Shown: positions 24,930-37,862, counted from the first letter of the stretch. The stretch is 64,000 nt of DNA from Leucoraja ocellata (GCA_036785375.1 JAWMAR010000094.1:6696001-6760000); one strand, 5' to 3'. Notes: generated by a model from the sequence alone, not told the origin. Translations and numbers: made by a program.

Positions 24930-25961
24930 ATCCGTGGGTAGAGGCCACGGGCCCCTGACGCCCCCGGTCGTTATGATATCCTAATATTTCCCTGCTGTTG
25001 ATCCCAATCCCCGCTCCTCCCGAATATTATATATTTATCACAGCTGGAAATCTCGGCGATTTCTCTCTCCCGCAGCGAGCTCTTTCGCAATTATTATCAA
25101 ATCAACTTACTATCAATTAAAATATTGAAGTTCATCGCTTCAAAGAGCAATGAACTGCAATTTATGAAAATCTTTTTGAAAGATTCCATTTAAGGTTCAT
25201 TGTCTTCCGGAGATTGCAGTTTCTTAATGTTAAATCATTTTTGAAAATGCTCCCCCACGTCTCCCTCCTCCCTCGTAGAGTCCCAGCGACCGCGACACCT
25301 GCACCTCTTCACAAACAACCAAAAGCAGCATCGATTTGTATAACGGCAGCTAAATAAAGACCGCGCCAACACCGGCCGGGTCCCCGTGGGGAAATGACGA
25401 GAGCGCAGCTGCATCAGCGCCGCACAAACGGCCCATGAACCGTCGGCAACGTGGTGGTGACTGGACGCAATGAAACTGATGGAGAGAAACATGTTCCAGT
25501 TCATAATTGAACCGAGTTATCGATTTCAAGTCAATCAGGTTCCACCTAAATGTAATCCTTCACAAAAACCTATGCTCTCTAATACTTCATGTTCCTACCC
25601 CGGAATAAAGACTGTATTCACAGTATCTATCCGCCTCATGATTTTATAACTCTATAGGGTCACCCCTCAGCCTTTTGTGTTCCAAGGAATTAGGTCCTAA
25701 CCTGCTCAACCTCTCCCTGTAACTCAGGCACTCCCGTTCTTGCAACCCCCTTGCGCCTCTCTATGCACTTTCCCCTCAGCTAATTAACATGTTTCCTACA
25801 TTAGAGTGACCAAATCTGAACACGACATACCTATTGCGGCCTCATCAACGTGCCCTGCAACTGTCAGATACTAACGTCTATACTTGACTGATGCTGTGCA
25901 ATGTTCTGAAAGCTTTCTTGACCACCCAGTCTACCTGTGACGACACTTTTATGGAACTATG

Positions 25962-27044
25962 TTGTATATATGGACTTCAGTAAGGCCTTTGACAAGGTTG
26001 TTTGTCAGGTTGGAGGCCAGTGACTAGTGAGGTGCCACAGGGATCTGTGTTGGGTCCACTGTTGTTTGTTATGTACATCAATGATCTGGATGATGGTGTG
26101 GTAAATTGGATTAGTAAGTATGCAGATGATACTAAGATAGGAGGGGTTGTGAATAATGAAGTAGATTTTCAAAGTCCACAGAGAGATTTATGCCAGTTGG
26201 AAGAGTGGACTGAAAGATGGCAGATAGAGTTTAATGCTGATAAGTGTGAGGTGCTACATCTTGGCAGGACAAATCAAAATAGGACGTACATGGTAAATGG
26301 TGGGGAATTGAAGAATGCAGGTGAACAGAGGGATCTGGGAATAACTGTGCACAGTTCCCTGAAAGTGGAATCTCATGTAGATAGGGTGGTAAAGAAAGCT
26401 TTTGGTGTGCTGGCCTTTATAAATCAGAGCATTGAGTATAGAAGTTGGGATGTAATGTTAAAATTGTACAAGGCATTGGTGAGGCCAATTCTGGAGTATG
26501 GGGTACAATTTTGGTCGCCTAATTATAGGAAGGGTGTCAACAAAATAGAGAGAGTACAGAGGAGATTTACTAGAATGTTGCCTGGTTTTCAGCAACTAAG
26601 TTACAGAGAAAGGTTGAACAAGTTTGGGCTTTATTCTTTGGAGCGCAGAAGGTTAAGGGGGGACTTGATAGAGGTCTTTAAAATGATGAGAGGGATAGAC
26701 AGAGTTGACGTGGATAAGCTTTTCCCACTGAGAGGAGGGAAGATGCAAACAAGGGGACATGACGAGAATTAAGGGGCCGAAGTTTAGGGGTAACATGAGG
26801 GGGAACTTCTTTACTCAGAGAGTGGAGGCTGTGTGGAATGAGCTTCCAGTGAAGGTGGTGGAGGCAGGTTCGTTTTTATCATTTAAAAATAAATTGGACA
26901 GTTATATGGACGAGAAAGGAATGGAGGGTTATGGTCTGAGCTCAGGTATATGGGACTAGGGGAGAATACGTGTTCGGCACGGACTAGAAGGGTCGAGATG
27001 GCCTGTTTCCGTGCTGTCATTGTTATATGGTTATATGGTTATAT
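25962..27044 (+). mobile_element. CR1 LINE 3' part, inserted in an older opposite-strand CR1 (about 25545-25960 and 27045-27360)
   Basis: ORF 26002-26772 with VPQGSVLGP and KYADD; tail ttatatgg x3. Confidence 0.92.
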
Positions 27045-27471
27045 GTTCCTGTACACTTAATCCCTCTGCTCTACAACACTTCCTATTTACCGGTGACGCC
27101 ACTTTTAAGGAATTGTGTACCTGTACTCATGATCTCTGTGCTCTGCACCCCCTACTCCTCCCCCCCTCCCCCCACCCCCGGGCCTTCATTGTGAAGCCCC
27201 TGTCCTAGATTGACTTCCCAAATCGCAAAGCATTGCAGTTATCTGCATTGCATTCCATTTGAAGTTGTTCAGAGGACTTGTCAAGCTGATCAAGATCCTG
27301 TTTTAACCTCTGATAACCCCTCAATGTCTGCATTACCAGCTATTTTGTGGCATCTGCAATCTGACTTGTACATTCCTATGCATATTTGCCAACTCCGACA
27401 CCGAGGCACTAGAGAACATAGAGTCTGTAGAACAAGCTTCTAACATACCCTAAACTGCAATAGGTTAACCC

Positions 27472-27557
27472 TATGAAGAAGGGTTTCGGCCCGAAACGTC
27501 GCCTATTTCCATAGATGCTGCTGCACCCGCTGAGTTTCTCCAGCATTTTTGTGTACC
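27472..27557 (+). mobile_element. Penelope pseudo-LTR fragment
   Basis: gaagaagggtttcggcccgaaacgtcgcctatttcc...gctgagtttctccagcatttttgtgtacc, like 44649-44740. Confidence 0.75.
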
Positions 27558-27865
27558 ATAGATTAAGAGAGATTATTTAATCAATCAAGACGACCCAAGC
27601 TGCTTTGTTGTTATCGGGAAATGCTGGTGCCCGGACACACAGGAAGGCACCCGAACAGATTACCAAACGCTCCGGTCGAAATGTGGTCTCAAAGAGTATA
27701 TCACTGGAACACAGGGAGGTGCAGAGGTTAAGAAACCTCTAGAGCTCACGACTATCTCAGCGAAGGAAGGAACGTTCATGGCGGCCGCGGTTACATTTGT
27801 GAACCAATATTTGTGAATGAGGCGAAGCGGAGGTGTTGGTGCTTGTGGGGCTGCAGGAGGGAGGT

Positions 27866-28144
27866 TATAACCATATAACCATATAACAATTACAGCACGG
27901 AAACAGGCCATCTCGGCCCTACAAGTCCGTGCCGAACAACTTTTTTCCCTTAGTCCCACCTGCCTGCACTCATACCATAACCCTCCATTCCCTTCTCATC
28001 CATATGCCTATCCAATTTATTTTTAAATGATACCAACGAACCTGCCTCCACCACTTCCAATGGAAGCTCATTCCACACCGCTACCATTCTCTGAGTAAAG
28101 AGGTTCCCCCTCACGTTACCCCTAAACTTCTGTCCCTTAATTCT
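27866..28144 (-). mobile_element. CR1 3' end
   Basis: Near-identical to 19938-20222. Confidence 0.9.
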
Positions 28145-28442
28145 GCCTCATTTCTGCCTCAATTCCTGGGTCTGGGTCGGGGTGGGGTACTGTGTTGGAC
28201 TGAGGACAATGGGTGCTGTGCTCCCGGTAATTAACTGGAGGAAACTTCACTCATGATGATCGCACTGTCCATCCATCGGTATAGAGATGGTGAAGGGGTG
28301 AAGGGTGTTGGTGAGTCACGGTGAAAACCGAAACACAGTTGTCCAAGTGTAACGGTTTTTCTCAGAATAGACGACTGGCTCTCAGAACAACCCGTACTCG
28401 AACTGTCGCCATATACCCCTTTTTATTATATATCTTGATCAG

Positions 28443-28745
28443 TTTAGATTCGTTCGGTTAGAGATATAGCGCAGAAACAAGCCCTTCGGCCCATCGGGTC
28501 CGCGCCGACCAGCGATCACCGCATATTAACACTATCCTACACCCACTAGGGGCAATTTTTACATGTACCAAGCCAATTAACCTACACACATGTACGTCTT
28601 TGGAGTGTGGGAGGATACCGAAGTTCTCGGAGAAAACCAATGCAGGTCACGGGGAGAACGTACAAACTCCGTACAGACAGCACCCGTAGTCGGGATCGAA
28701 CCCGGGACTCCAGCAGCAACTCCACCACTGCGACGCTGTGCGTCC
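28443..28745 (-). mobile_element. tRNA-derived SINE (HE1/V-SINE type)
   Basis: B-box ggttcgatccc on the - strand, V-domain-like core, CR1-derived 3' tail. Confidence 0.8.
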
Positions 28746-28829
28746 GTGGGCTGAGGACAACGGATGCGGTGCTCCCGATACTTAACTGGAAGAGTTAGTT
28801 GAGGGAGAAACGATTTAACTGTTGTTTAA

Positions 28830-29897
28830 GTAGGTTGCGAAATGGTTAATGGAGTTTAATGCATATAAATGTGAGGTGCTGCTGTTTTAGCAGGACCGGC
28901 GCATTAAATGGTACTGCTTTGTTGTAGAACACAGACATTTAGGAGTGAAGGTACACAGTTTCCATGAAAGTGGCGACACATCTAGATGAGATGGTCAAGT
29001 ATGTTTTGGACACATTGACCTCATCATTCATTCTTTATTAGATATAGAAGTTGGGATGTTACCTTGCAGCGGTACACAGCACTGGTTAGACCATAGTTGG
29101 AGTATTGTTGGCAGTTTTGGTAGCCCCACTATACTAAGACGATGTTAAGATGGAAAGAGTGCAGCAAGGTTACGAGGATTTTGCCCTTGACTTGAGTCTT
29201 GATCTATGGGGAGAGTTTATTTTACCTAGAGTATTATACCTAGAGCACAATTAAGAAGACGGGTTCAAGGTGGCAGGGAAACGTCTTAATAGAACTCCGC
29301 GCTGAAACCTTTTCACACAGCGTGTGGTGGGTATATGAAAAGAGCTACCGTTGGCGTTAGTTGAGGCAGAAACTATAACAAGTATTACTAAATTTTGACA
29401 GGTACATGAACAGGGAATGTTTGGATCGACATGGGCCAAATTCAAGCAGGTAGGATTAGTGTAGTGGGTGCACATCGATCAGTATGGACAAGCTGGGCCG
29501 AGGGGTGCGTTTCCGTGCTGTTTGACTCTATCATCTAAAAAGGGACAAACGTATCCACATAGCGCATGCTAGGGAAGTATAGGGAAGAAGGGAAGATTCA
29601 AACAAGGGGACATGACGAGAATTAAGGGACGGAAGTTTAGGGGTAACATGAGGGGGAACTTCTTTACTCAGAGAGTGGTAGCTGTGTGGAATGAGCTTCC
29701 AGTGAAGGTGTTGGAGGCAGGTTCGTTTTATCATTTAAAAATAAATTGGATAGTTATATGGACGGGAAGCGAATGGAAGGTTATGGTCTGAGCGCAGGTA
29801 TATGGGACAAGGGGAGAATATGTGTTCGGCACGGACTAGAAGGGTCGAGATGGCCTGTTTCCGTGCTGTAATTGTTATATGGTCATATGGTTATATG
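28830..29897 (+). mobile_element. Old CR1 fragment (28830-29530) plus young CR1 3' end (29590-29897)
   Basis: Similar to CR1 ORF2 C-terminus and 3' UTR elsewhere in the window. Confidence 0.75.
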
Positions 29898-30462
29898 TCA
29901 TTAGTAACGTTCATTGTATGATTAGGTTCCACACTAGAAATATTTTCATCCGGGCAACCCGTGAGAAGTGGCACTCGGAGCCAAACGTCTCCATATTGGG
30001 CCTAAACGTCACTGGACACAACACAGTCTATGTTAAACCAACTTTGAACTGCTGGAGTGATACAGAGAGACGGGGTGCAGTCTGTGTCCGAAAGAACAAA
30101 TACATATAAATAAGAGCGGGGGGCTGTATGTTCAGGGGGGGGCGGGGGCGGTTAGAGTAGGTAAGAGGAGTGGAAACGTTGAGACGGTAGATGTCACGCG
30201 GGAGTTGGAAATAAAAAGGTTAAAAGAGTTTTTAAATATATATATAAATAAGAGCGGAGTGCTGTACGGTCAGGGGGGAGAGGTTAGAGTACGTTCCTTC
30301 TCTCCAGAGATGCTGTCTGGCCCGCTGAGTTACTCCAGCGTTTTGTGTCTATCTTCGAGGTCTGCCGTGGCGAGCGAGCTTTGTGGATTCACGTGGCTTC
30401 TATGGGTTTAACAACAGGAATAAAGGGGACATATGGGTGGTTTTGTGTCAAAGAATGTAGAA

Positions 30463-30885
30463 ATCCAATCCAATCCAATCCAACTTTATTTGTTAAGCAC
30501 TTTAAGACAACCAATGTTGACCAAAGTGCTGTACAGAAGAATAAACAAGACATCATAAACAGACACCATAACAGAACATAACATAACAGCTCACATAAAT
30601 CACAAAAATTACATATGAAATACAACATTAAATTAAAAGATATAAAACATGAGTAAAAATAATAACCACGCAATAAAGCAATCAACAAAGAAATTAAATC
30701 AAGTAAATAAAGTCGACATCTTACTGGGTATCAAAGGCCACGGAGAAGAGATGGGTTTTAAGAAGTGATTTAAAAACAGACAGAGAAGAGGCCTGTTTAA
30801 TGTGGACAGGCAGATCGTTCCATACTTTGGGTGCCGACACAGCAAAGGCACGGTCCCCTCTGAGCTTCCGCTTAGTTTTAGGCCC
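30463..30885 (-). mobile_element. L2-clade LINE 3' end
   Basis: Minus strand reads PKTKRKLRGDRAFAVSAPKVWNDLPVHIKQASSLSVFKSLLKTHLF; (GGATT)n tail. Confidence 0.85.
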
Positions 30886-31175
30886 CCTAGAAATACGGTC
30901 CTTGGTTATACTTCTGGTAACACACGAACGGGCTCAATAAAATGGCAAAGAGGGGAGAGGGAGAAAGAAAAGGTCGGGACGAGAAATGTATGTGGGAGAG
31001 AGAGAGCGAGAAAGAGAGAAGGGTGGGGGGGGGGGGGTCAAAGAAATACGGAGACATAAGGAGGAAGGCAGAGAGCGAGAGAGAGAGAGAGAGCAACAAT
31101 TTAGACATGGCGAGAGAGAAAGAGTGTTGCAGGCTATTTAGTTTTACTTCTGTTGGGAGAAATGCTGCGATTTCT

Positions 31176-31780
31176 TATCTTGGTTCTTGGTTCTTGGTTT
31201 CTTGGTCCTCCAAAATATTCCAAATGGAATTTAAACTGGAGGTGGTGAAGGGAGGGCTTAAGCCAGAAAGGATTATTGGGAAGAAAGAGCTACTTTAAAT
31301 TTACTTGCATCTGGTTGGGTAACTATAGATGGGTGGAGATTATTCCATGCTTTAATTGTGCCGGGGAAGAACGAATTGCTGTACACATCTGTCTTTGTAG
31401 CTGGGATCACAAATTGGATCGAATGCCCTCGTCTGCTCCTAATTGGTTTGGGTTTGGTGTAGGTCTTGTAGTCTATGTCGAGCTGACCATTTAACATTTA
31501 GTAAAAAACAGGTCAAACGGTGAGCTTCACGTCTGTCATGGAGAGGGTTCCACCACAGAGAATTCAAAAGTTTGGTGACACTCGCTTCTCTCTCATAGGT
31601 GTTAGTAACAATTCGAGCTGCCTGTCTTTGGACACGTTCGATGGAAGAAATGTTTTTATTTATGTATGGGTCCCATGCTGCCATAATCAGAAATGCAAAC
31701 AAAACGCTCGGTTTATACCCACAGATATCTTGTCAAAAATTACAGCAATCATGTTTGGTGCCGTACTGCACTAAATATAA
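31176..31780 (-). mobile_element. Divergent CR1-group LINE 3' fragment with inverted 5' piece
   Basis: AAWDPY..NISSIERVQRQAAR, SRRGHS...YSNSFFPGTIKAWNNL; (CCAAGAA)n tail; + strand IRNANKTLG at 31686-31712. Confidence 0.7.
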
Positions 31781-32184
31781 AAGTTGGAAACCAGAGACGC
31801 GATGCATTTTGACTTTCATGCGCCGTGTGTCAGGAGCAACGACAGAGCTGACGGAGCTCCCGCTGGTCACAATCAACATGAGCATGTTTGGATCAAGGAA
31901 TACATTCAATATCTCTAGGCTTCCCGACTCCCCGATGGCTTGCGAGAAAGATACAAAGAGGCCGAGTTGATGTTAAAGCCAAACAGGCAAGAATAGGTCG
32001 GGTGGAATAAAATGATGCTAAATCGTGAGGGCATCTCTCAGCCCGGTATTAAATATATAAATTCCGAGTACTATTTAACGTGAGAGTTTGAAATGTGTTG
32101 ATGAAAAGTCCAGGTGACTTACACGTAGATAATAGGCGGTTAACAAATACCACAAACAGGTAATAAAGCATGGGGCAATCGAGT

Positions 32185-34640
32185 AACACGTACAAATGTT
32201 ATACAGCGTTTATACGGGATACTGGTGGGAACGCATTTGAAAAGTCCGGGTGGATAAGTCACCTGGACTGGATGGATTGCACCGGGGTTCTGAAGGAGGT
32301 GCCTTCAGAAATTGTCGAAACATTAGTTGTGATATTAAAAGAATCAGTAGAGTTGGGAGTGGTTTCTGAAGATTGGAATATCACGAATATCACCCCGCTA
32401 TACAAGAATGGAGCAAAGTAGAAGAGCAGAATCAAGAGGCCGGTTATCCTGACTTCGGTGGTTGGTAAGATTTTACAGACAATTATAAAGGATGAGGTCA
32501 TATAGTACTTAGAAGTTCATGACGAAATAGGCCGAAATCAGTATGGCTTTGTGAAGGGCCGATCTTGACCCACAGAAGGGAAGCTGTAGAAATTGTGCAC
32601 CTAGATTTTCAGAAACATAGAAACATAGAAAATAGGTGCAGGAGTAGGCCATTCGGCCTTCGAGCCTGCGCCGCCATTCAATATGATCATGGCTGATCAT
32701 CAAACTGAGTATCATGTACCTGCCCTCACAGATTCACCACTCTCTGTGTAAAAAATGTTTTTATCATCTCGGTCCTAAAAGACTTCCCCTTATCCTTAAA
32801 CTGTGACCCCTTGTTCTGGACTTCCCCAACATCGGGAATAATCTTCCTGCATGTAGCCTTTTCCAACCGCTTAAGAATTCTGTAAGTTTCTATAAGATGC
32901 CCCCGCAATCTTCTAAATTTTAGCGAGTACAAGCCGAGTCTATCTAGTCTTTCTTCATATGAAAGTCCTGCCATTTCAGGAATCAGTCTGGTGAACCTTC
33001 ACTGTACTCCCTCTATGCAAGATTGTATTTCCTCAGCTTAGGAGACCAAAACTGTACGCAATATTCCAGGTGTGGTCTCACCAAGACCCTGTACAACTGC
33101 AGTAGAACCTCCCTGCTCTTATACTCAATTCCTTTTGCTATGAATGCTAACATACCATTCGCTTTCTTCACTGTCTGCTACACCTGCATGCCTACTTTCA
33201 ATGACTGGTGTACCATGACACCCAAGTCTCGTTGCAACTCCCCTTGGATTGGAGGAGAGCTACTGTTATCCAACTTTTTTAAGAAAGGAGGGAGAGAGGA
33301 AACAGGAAATTATAGAGCAGCGGTGGGGAAGATGGTGGAGGCAATGTAATAGCGGCGCATTTGGATAGGAGTAACAGAATTTGACCGAGTCACCATGGAT
33401 TTATGAAGGGGAAATCTTGTTTGAGCAATTTTCTGCAATTTGTTAAGGATGTATCAAGAAATATGGATAAGGGAGAGCCAGTGGATGTAGTGTAGTCGGA
33501 AAGCATTTGACAATGTCCTACACAGGAGATTAGTGGGCACAATTGGAACATATGGTATTGGGGGTAGGGTATTGACATGGAAAGAACATTGGTTGGCAGA
33601 CCGGAAACAAAGAGTAGGAATTAACGTGTCCCTTTCAGAATGAGACGCAGTAACTAGTGGGGTGCCACAAAGCTCGGTGCTGGGATTGCAGCTATTAACA
33701 ATATATATACATGATTTAGATGAAGGAATTAAAAGTAACATTAGCAAATTTGCAGATGCCGCAAAGCTGGTGGCAGTGTGAACTGTGAAGAGGATGCTAT
33801 GAGGATGCAGGGTGACTTTGATAGGTTGGGTGAGCGGGCAGATGCATGGCAGATGCAGTATAATGTGGATAAATGTGAGTTTGTCCACTTTGGTGGCAAG
33901 AACGAGAAGGCAGATTACGATCTGAATGTAGTCAGAATATTGCAGGATAAGGGGAAGTGCAACGGGACCTGGGTGTCCTTGTACACCAGTCACTGAAAGT
34001 AAGCACGCAGGTACAGCAGGCAGTGAAGAAAGGCCTTCATAACGAGAGGATTTGAGTATAGGAGCAACGAGGTCCCTCTGTAGTTGTACAGGGCCCTTGT
34101 GAGACCACGCCTGGAGTATTGCGTGCAGTTTTGGTCTCCTGAGGAATGACATTCTTCTTATTGAGTGCAGCGTAGTTTCACGAGGTTAATTCCCGGGATG
34201 GCGGGACTGTCATATGATGAAAGAATGGGAGGACTGGGCTTGCATTTACTGGAATTTAGAAGGATGAGAGAGGATCTTATAAAACCATATACAATTATAA
34301 AGGGATTGGACGAGCTGGACGCATAGAACATGTTCCCGATGTTGGGGGAGTCCAGAACCAGGGGGCAGAGTGTAAGAATATAGGGTAGCGCATTTAGAAC
34401 GGAGATGAGGAAAAACGTTTTCACCAGAGTGTTGTGAATTTGTGGAATTCTCTGCCTCAAAAGGCAGTGGAGGCCGATTCACTGGATACATTGAAAAGAA
34501 ACGTCTCTTTGGATTAGCGGAATCAAGGGATATGGGGAGAAGGCAGGAACGGGGCACTGAGCATGGATGATCAGCCATGATTACATTGAATGGCGATACT
34601 GGCTCGAATTGCCTAATGGCCAACTCCTGCACCGATTTTC
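32185..34640. mobile_element. Cluster of CR1 fragments (32185-32610 +, 32612-33245 -, 33245-34640 +)
   Basis: CR1 ORF2 motifs and tttctatg tails. Confidence 0.85.
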
Positions 34641-34829
34641 CATGTTTAAATGTTTCTATGATAATCTCAAGTGCTGCGAGGGTGTAATCCCATTGTCAAC
34701 TATCTCCAGATCCAGAGACCACACTCTCAGACCGGGTGGTCTGCCCTGGCTGACTGGAATATAAACTCACCCGCAGAGGGGGGTGACGTTTTAGACTCCG
34801 GAGAATCAGTTGCTCGGTTTATACAATAC

Positions 34830-35110
34830 AGATTTTAGTTAGTTTTCTTTAGAGACACATCCCTTCGGCCCACCGAGTCCGCACCGACCAGCGACCACTT
34901 ACACGATCCTACACACACTGGGGACAATTTACATTTATACCAAGCTAATTAACCTACACGTCTTTATGCTTTTGGAGTGTGGGGGGAAACAAAAGATCGC
35001 GAGGAAAACATACGAACATGGGGAGAACGGACTAATTCCGTACAGACAAGCACCCGTAGTCAGTATCGAACCCGGGTTTCCTGCAGTAGCTCAACTGCTA
35101 CGCCACCCCT
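34830..35110 (-). mobile_element. tRNA-derived SINE (HE1/V-SINE type)
   Basis: Homologous to 28443-28745. Confidence 0.75.
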
Positions 35111-35479
35111 GGATTGAATGAGATTTTAGATAGATTGTTGGACGTGAAGGGAATTGATGCGATGGGTTTCGTGCGAGAGGGCAGCACTCGGGTAAATGAT
35201 CAGCCACCTTCACGTTGAATAAGGGCGAGCAGAGGCGCGAGGAACTCCGTGCCCTAATAGTATTTAATGGTCAAATGCAGAGGGAAAGGAACGTTGATAT
35301 TCTCACTTTTAGCACCTTGATCCACCTATTAACGTATTAACGCGGGGAAAATATACAGTAATCAATAATATAATCAATTAGTAATTAGTTATACAAGGTG
35401 CCCACAATAGTGTAAAACCGAAACCCGTAGTGTAACTAAAATCAGAGAACGGTTGCTGCGGGAATGGTTTGCGTTGTGC

Positions 35480-35730
35480 GCTTTTTATTTTAAAGGAACA
35501 ATACGGAAACAGGCTGCCCAAAGATCACTCGTACACACATGTTCCATGTTATCTTACCCTTCCATTATCTAAAGACCAGCATTTTGGGGGGATGTGGGAG
35601 GAAACGGGAACACCGGGAGGAAACTAGCGCGGACACAGGGAGAAACAGCTCCACACAGACAGCACCTGGTTCAGAAACCCGGGTGTCTGGCGCTGTGAGG
35701 CAGCAGCTCTACCCGCTGCTCCACTGCGGC
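35480..35730 (-). mobile_element. Degenerate tRNA-derived SINE
   Basis: tgtgggaggaaac...acagacagcacc...cagcagctctacccgctgc resembles the other SINE copies. Confidence 0.6.
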
Positions 35731-36175
35731 TGGGTGCCCACGAGTATGATGATTGCTGGGAAAAGTAATGCACTGTCATATCCATGTCTTTATTTCTGAT
35801 GTAACGCCTCACGCTGAATGCCCATGCGCGAGTGGCGTAAGGAATGGATTCTCATGTTGGTGGCGCAGATCCAACCCGTGTGTCGGGATGGGCTCAAGTT
35901 GTCCAGGAGTACAGGGGAGTTGACAACTCACCCACGTGGTTGCATCCCAACACACTACTGATTCCTGGAGAGTCTTTGGCCTAACCCGAAACAAATCTCT
36001 CGCCATATCACCTTAGGCGTTTGTCCCTGGGATCGGGTAACATTAGTCATGGAGCCGCAGAGTCACACAGCACAGGCGCTACGTGGTTGCATTCTCTGGA
36101 ACGCTGGAGGTTGCGTGAACTCCCAATAGACGTATATAAAGTTAAGGGGCACACATAGGATTAACAATCAGAACC

Positions 36176-36975
36176 TATAACATAGAAACATCGAAAATAG
36201 GTGCAGGAGGAGGCCATTCAACCCTTCGAGCCAGCACCGCCATTCATTGTGATCATGCCTGATCAACCCCAATCAATAACCCGTGCCTGCCGTCTCCCCA
36301 TATCCCTTGATTCCACTAGCCCCTAGAGCTCTATCTAACTCTCTCTTAAATCCATCCAGTGAATTGCCCTCCACTGCCTTCTGTGGCAGGGTATTCCATA
36401 AATTCACCTCTAAATGACCTCCCCTTTGTTCTAAGACTGTGGCCCCTGGTTCTGGACTCACCCTACATTGGGAACATTGTTCCTGCATCTAGCTCGTCAG
36501 GTCCCTTTATAATTTTATATGCTTCTATAAGATCCTCCCTCATCCTTCTAAACTCCAGTGAATACATGCCTAGTATTTTCAATCTTTCCTCATATGACAG
36601 TCCCGCCATCCCAGGGACCAATCTCGTGAACCTACGCTGCACTGCCTCAATCACAAGAATGGCCTTCCTCAAATTAGGAGACCAAAACTGTACACAATAC
36701 TCCAGATGTGGTCTCACAAGAGCCCTATACAACTGCAGAAGAACCTCTTTACTCCTATACTGAAATCCTCTTGCTATGATGGCCAACATCCCATTAGCTT
36801 TCTTCACTGCCTGCTGTACCTGTAACCCAACTTTCAGTGACCGGTGTACATGGACACCCAGGTCTCTCTGTATTTCCCCCTTACCTAACCTAACCCCATT
36901 GAAATAATAATCTGCCCCCTTGTTTTTGCCGCCTAAGTGGATAACCTCACATTTATCTATATTATACTGTATTGT
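36176..36975 (-). mobile_element. CR1 LINE 3' part
   Basis: ORF 36463-37038 contains LYRALVRPHLEYCVQFWSP. Confidence 0.9.
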
Positions 36976-37645
36976 ACCCAAGTCATATACGGCTTTCCCC
37001 GACGGAGATGCGACTTTTTCAACGTATCTCTTCTGCACAGCGGCTTTAACATCGTGGAGCTGGGAGAAAAGGAGGACATTAGGGATAAGTTATTTGACTT
37101 CCATCACAGTGGGGAATGTGAGGTCGCCGAAAAAACAAGATGGACGTGCTGCCCGCACTGGTGAGGACTCGGAGGGAGAGCCGAGAGTGCGGTGATCTCG
37201 GTGTTTTGCGGGGACATGCCTCCCTGAGGACATCCCGTAGTGTGCGAGTGTGGACGGGACGGCTTTCTGAAGAAGGGTTTCGGCCCGAAACGTTGCCCAT
37301 TTCCTTCGCTCCATAGATGCTGCCAAAGAGGCTGCTACACCCGCTGAGTTTCGCCAGCTTTTTTGTGTACCTACGGCTTTCTGACTGTTGGGGCGGACAG
37401 GGACTGCAGAGAGAGTGACAGCGGTCGGTACAACTCTGGTCACATCACGGTGAAGGACATTGAACTGATGGCTTTGGGTCTCCGCTTATGCTGTGGCCCT
37501 GTGGATTCTCACACACCGCTGTGGTGGCTGTTTAAGTCCACGTGTAATTTGTATGTGGTTATGTATCTTGTTGTTTTTTTGAATGACTGTTGGCAAATCA
37601 AATTCCGTGTATGTTTACATACTTGGCTAATAAATTAATTTCAAT
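36975..37645 (+). mobile_element. Non-coding retroposon with Rex-type 3' end, containing a Penelope pLTR fragment (37266-37371)
   Basis: 3' end ggcaaatcaaattcc...acttggctaataaa; internal ctgaagaagggtttcggcccgaaacg. Confidence 0.5.
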
Positions 37646-37649
37646 AAGG

Positions 37650-37862
37650 ATTCGACGATATTTAATTTGCCATCAGCAGATTATAAGCGCCGGAAATCAG
37701 TCTCCACCCACACAGGTTACATAGCCCCTCCCACTCATTATATTCCGGTTAATAAAGACAACCAGAGGCTCTGGTTTCCAGATACTGGAACCCGAGCGGC
37801 TACCGGACTTTGCAGACCAACTCGAGTGGGTCTGAACCTTGGCTGCTCGCCTGTCCGGAATA
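37650..37862 (+). promoter_or_regulatory. Putative Ig light-chain V promoter
   Basis: Short non-repeat interval upstream of the leader ATG; octamer-like ATTTGCCAT at 37665-37673, ETS-like CCGGAA at 37690-37695, TATA-like TTAATAAA at 37749-37756. Confidence 0.4.

Noticed and set aside
28317-28362. RSS-like CACGGTG / CACAGTT / GGTTTTTCT motifs
   Set aside because: Heptamer and nonamer orientation and spacing are inconsistent, and no V or J coding sequence is nearby.
37105-37143. CACAGTG + 23 nt + ACAAGATGG as a leftover RSS upstream of the V
   Set aside because: The nonamer match is poor (5/9), the site lies within a repeat, and no adjacent gene segment exists.
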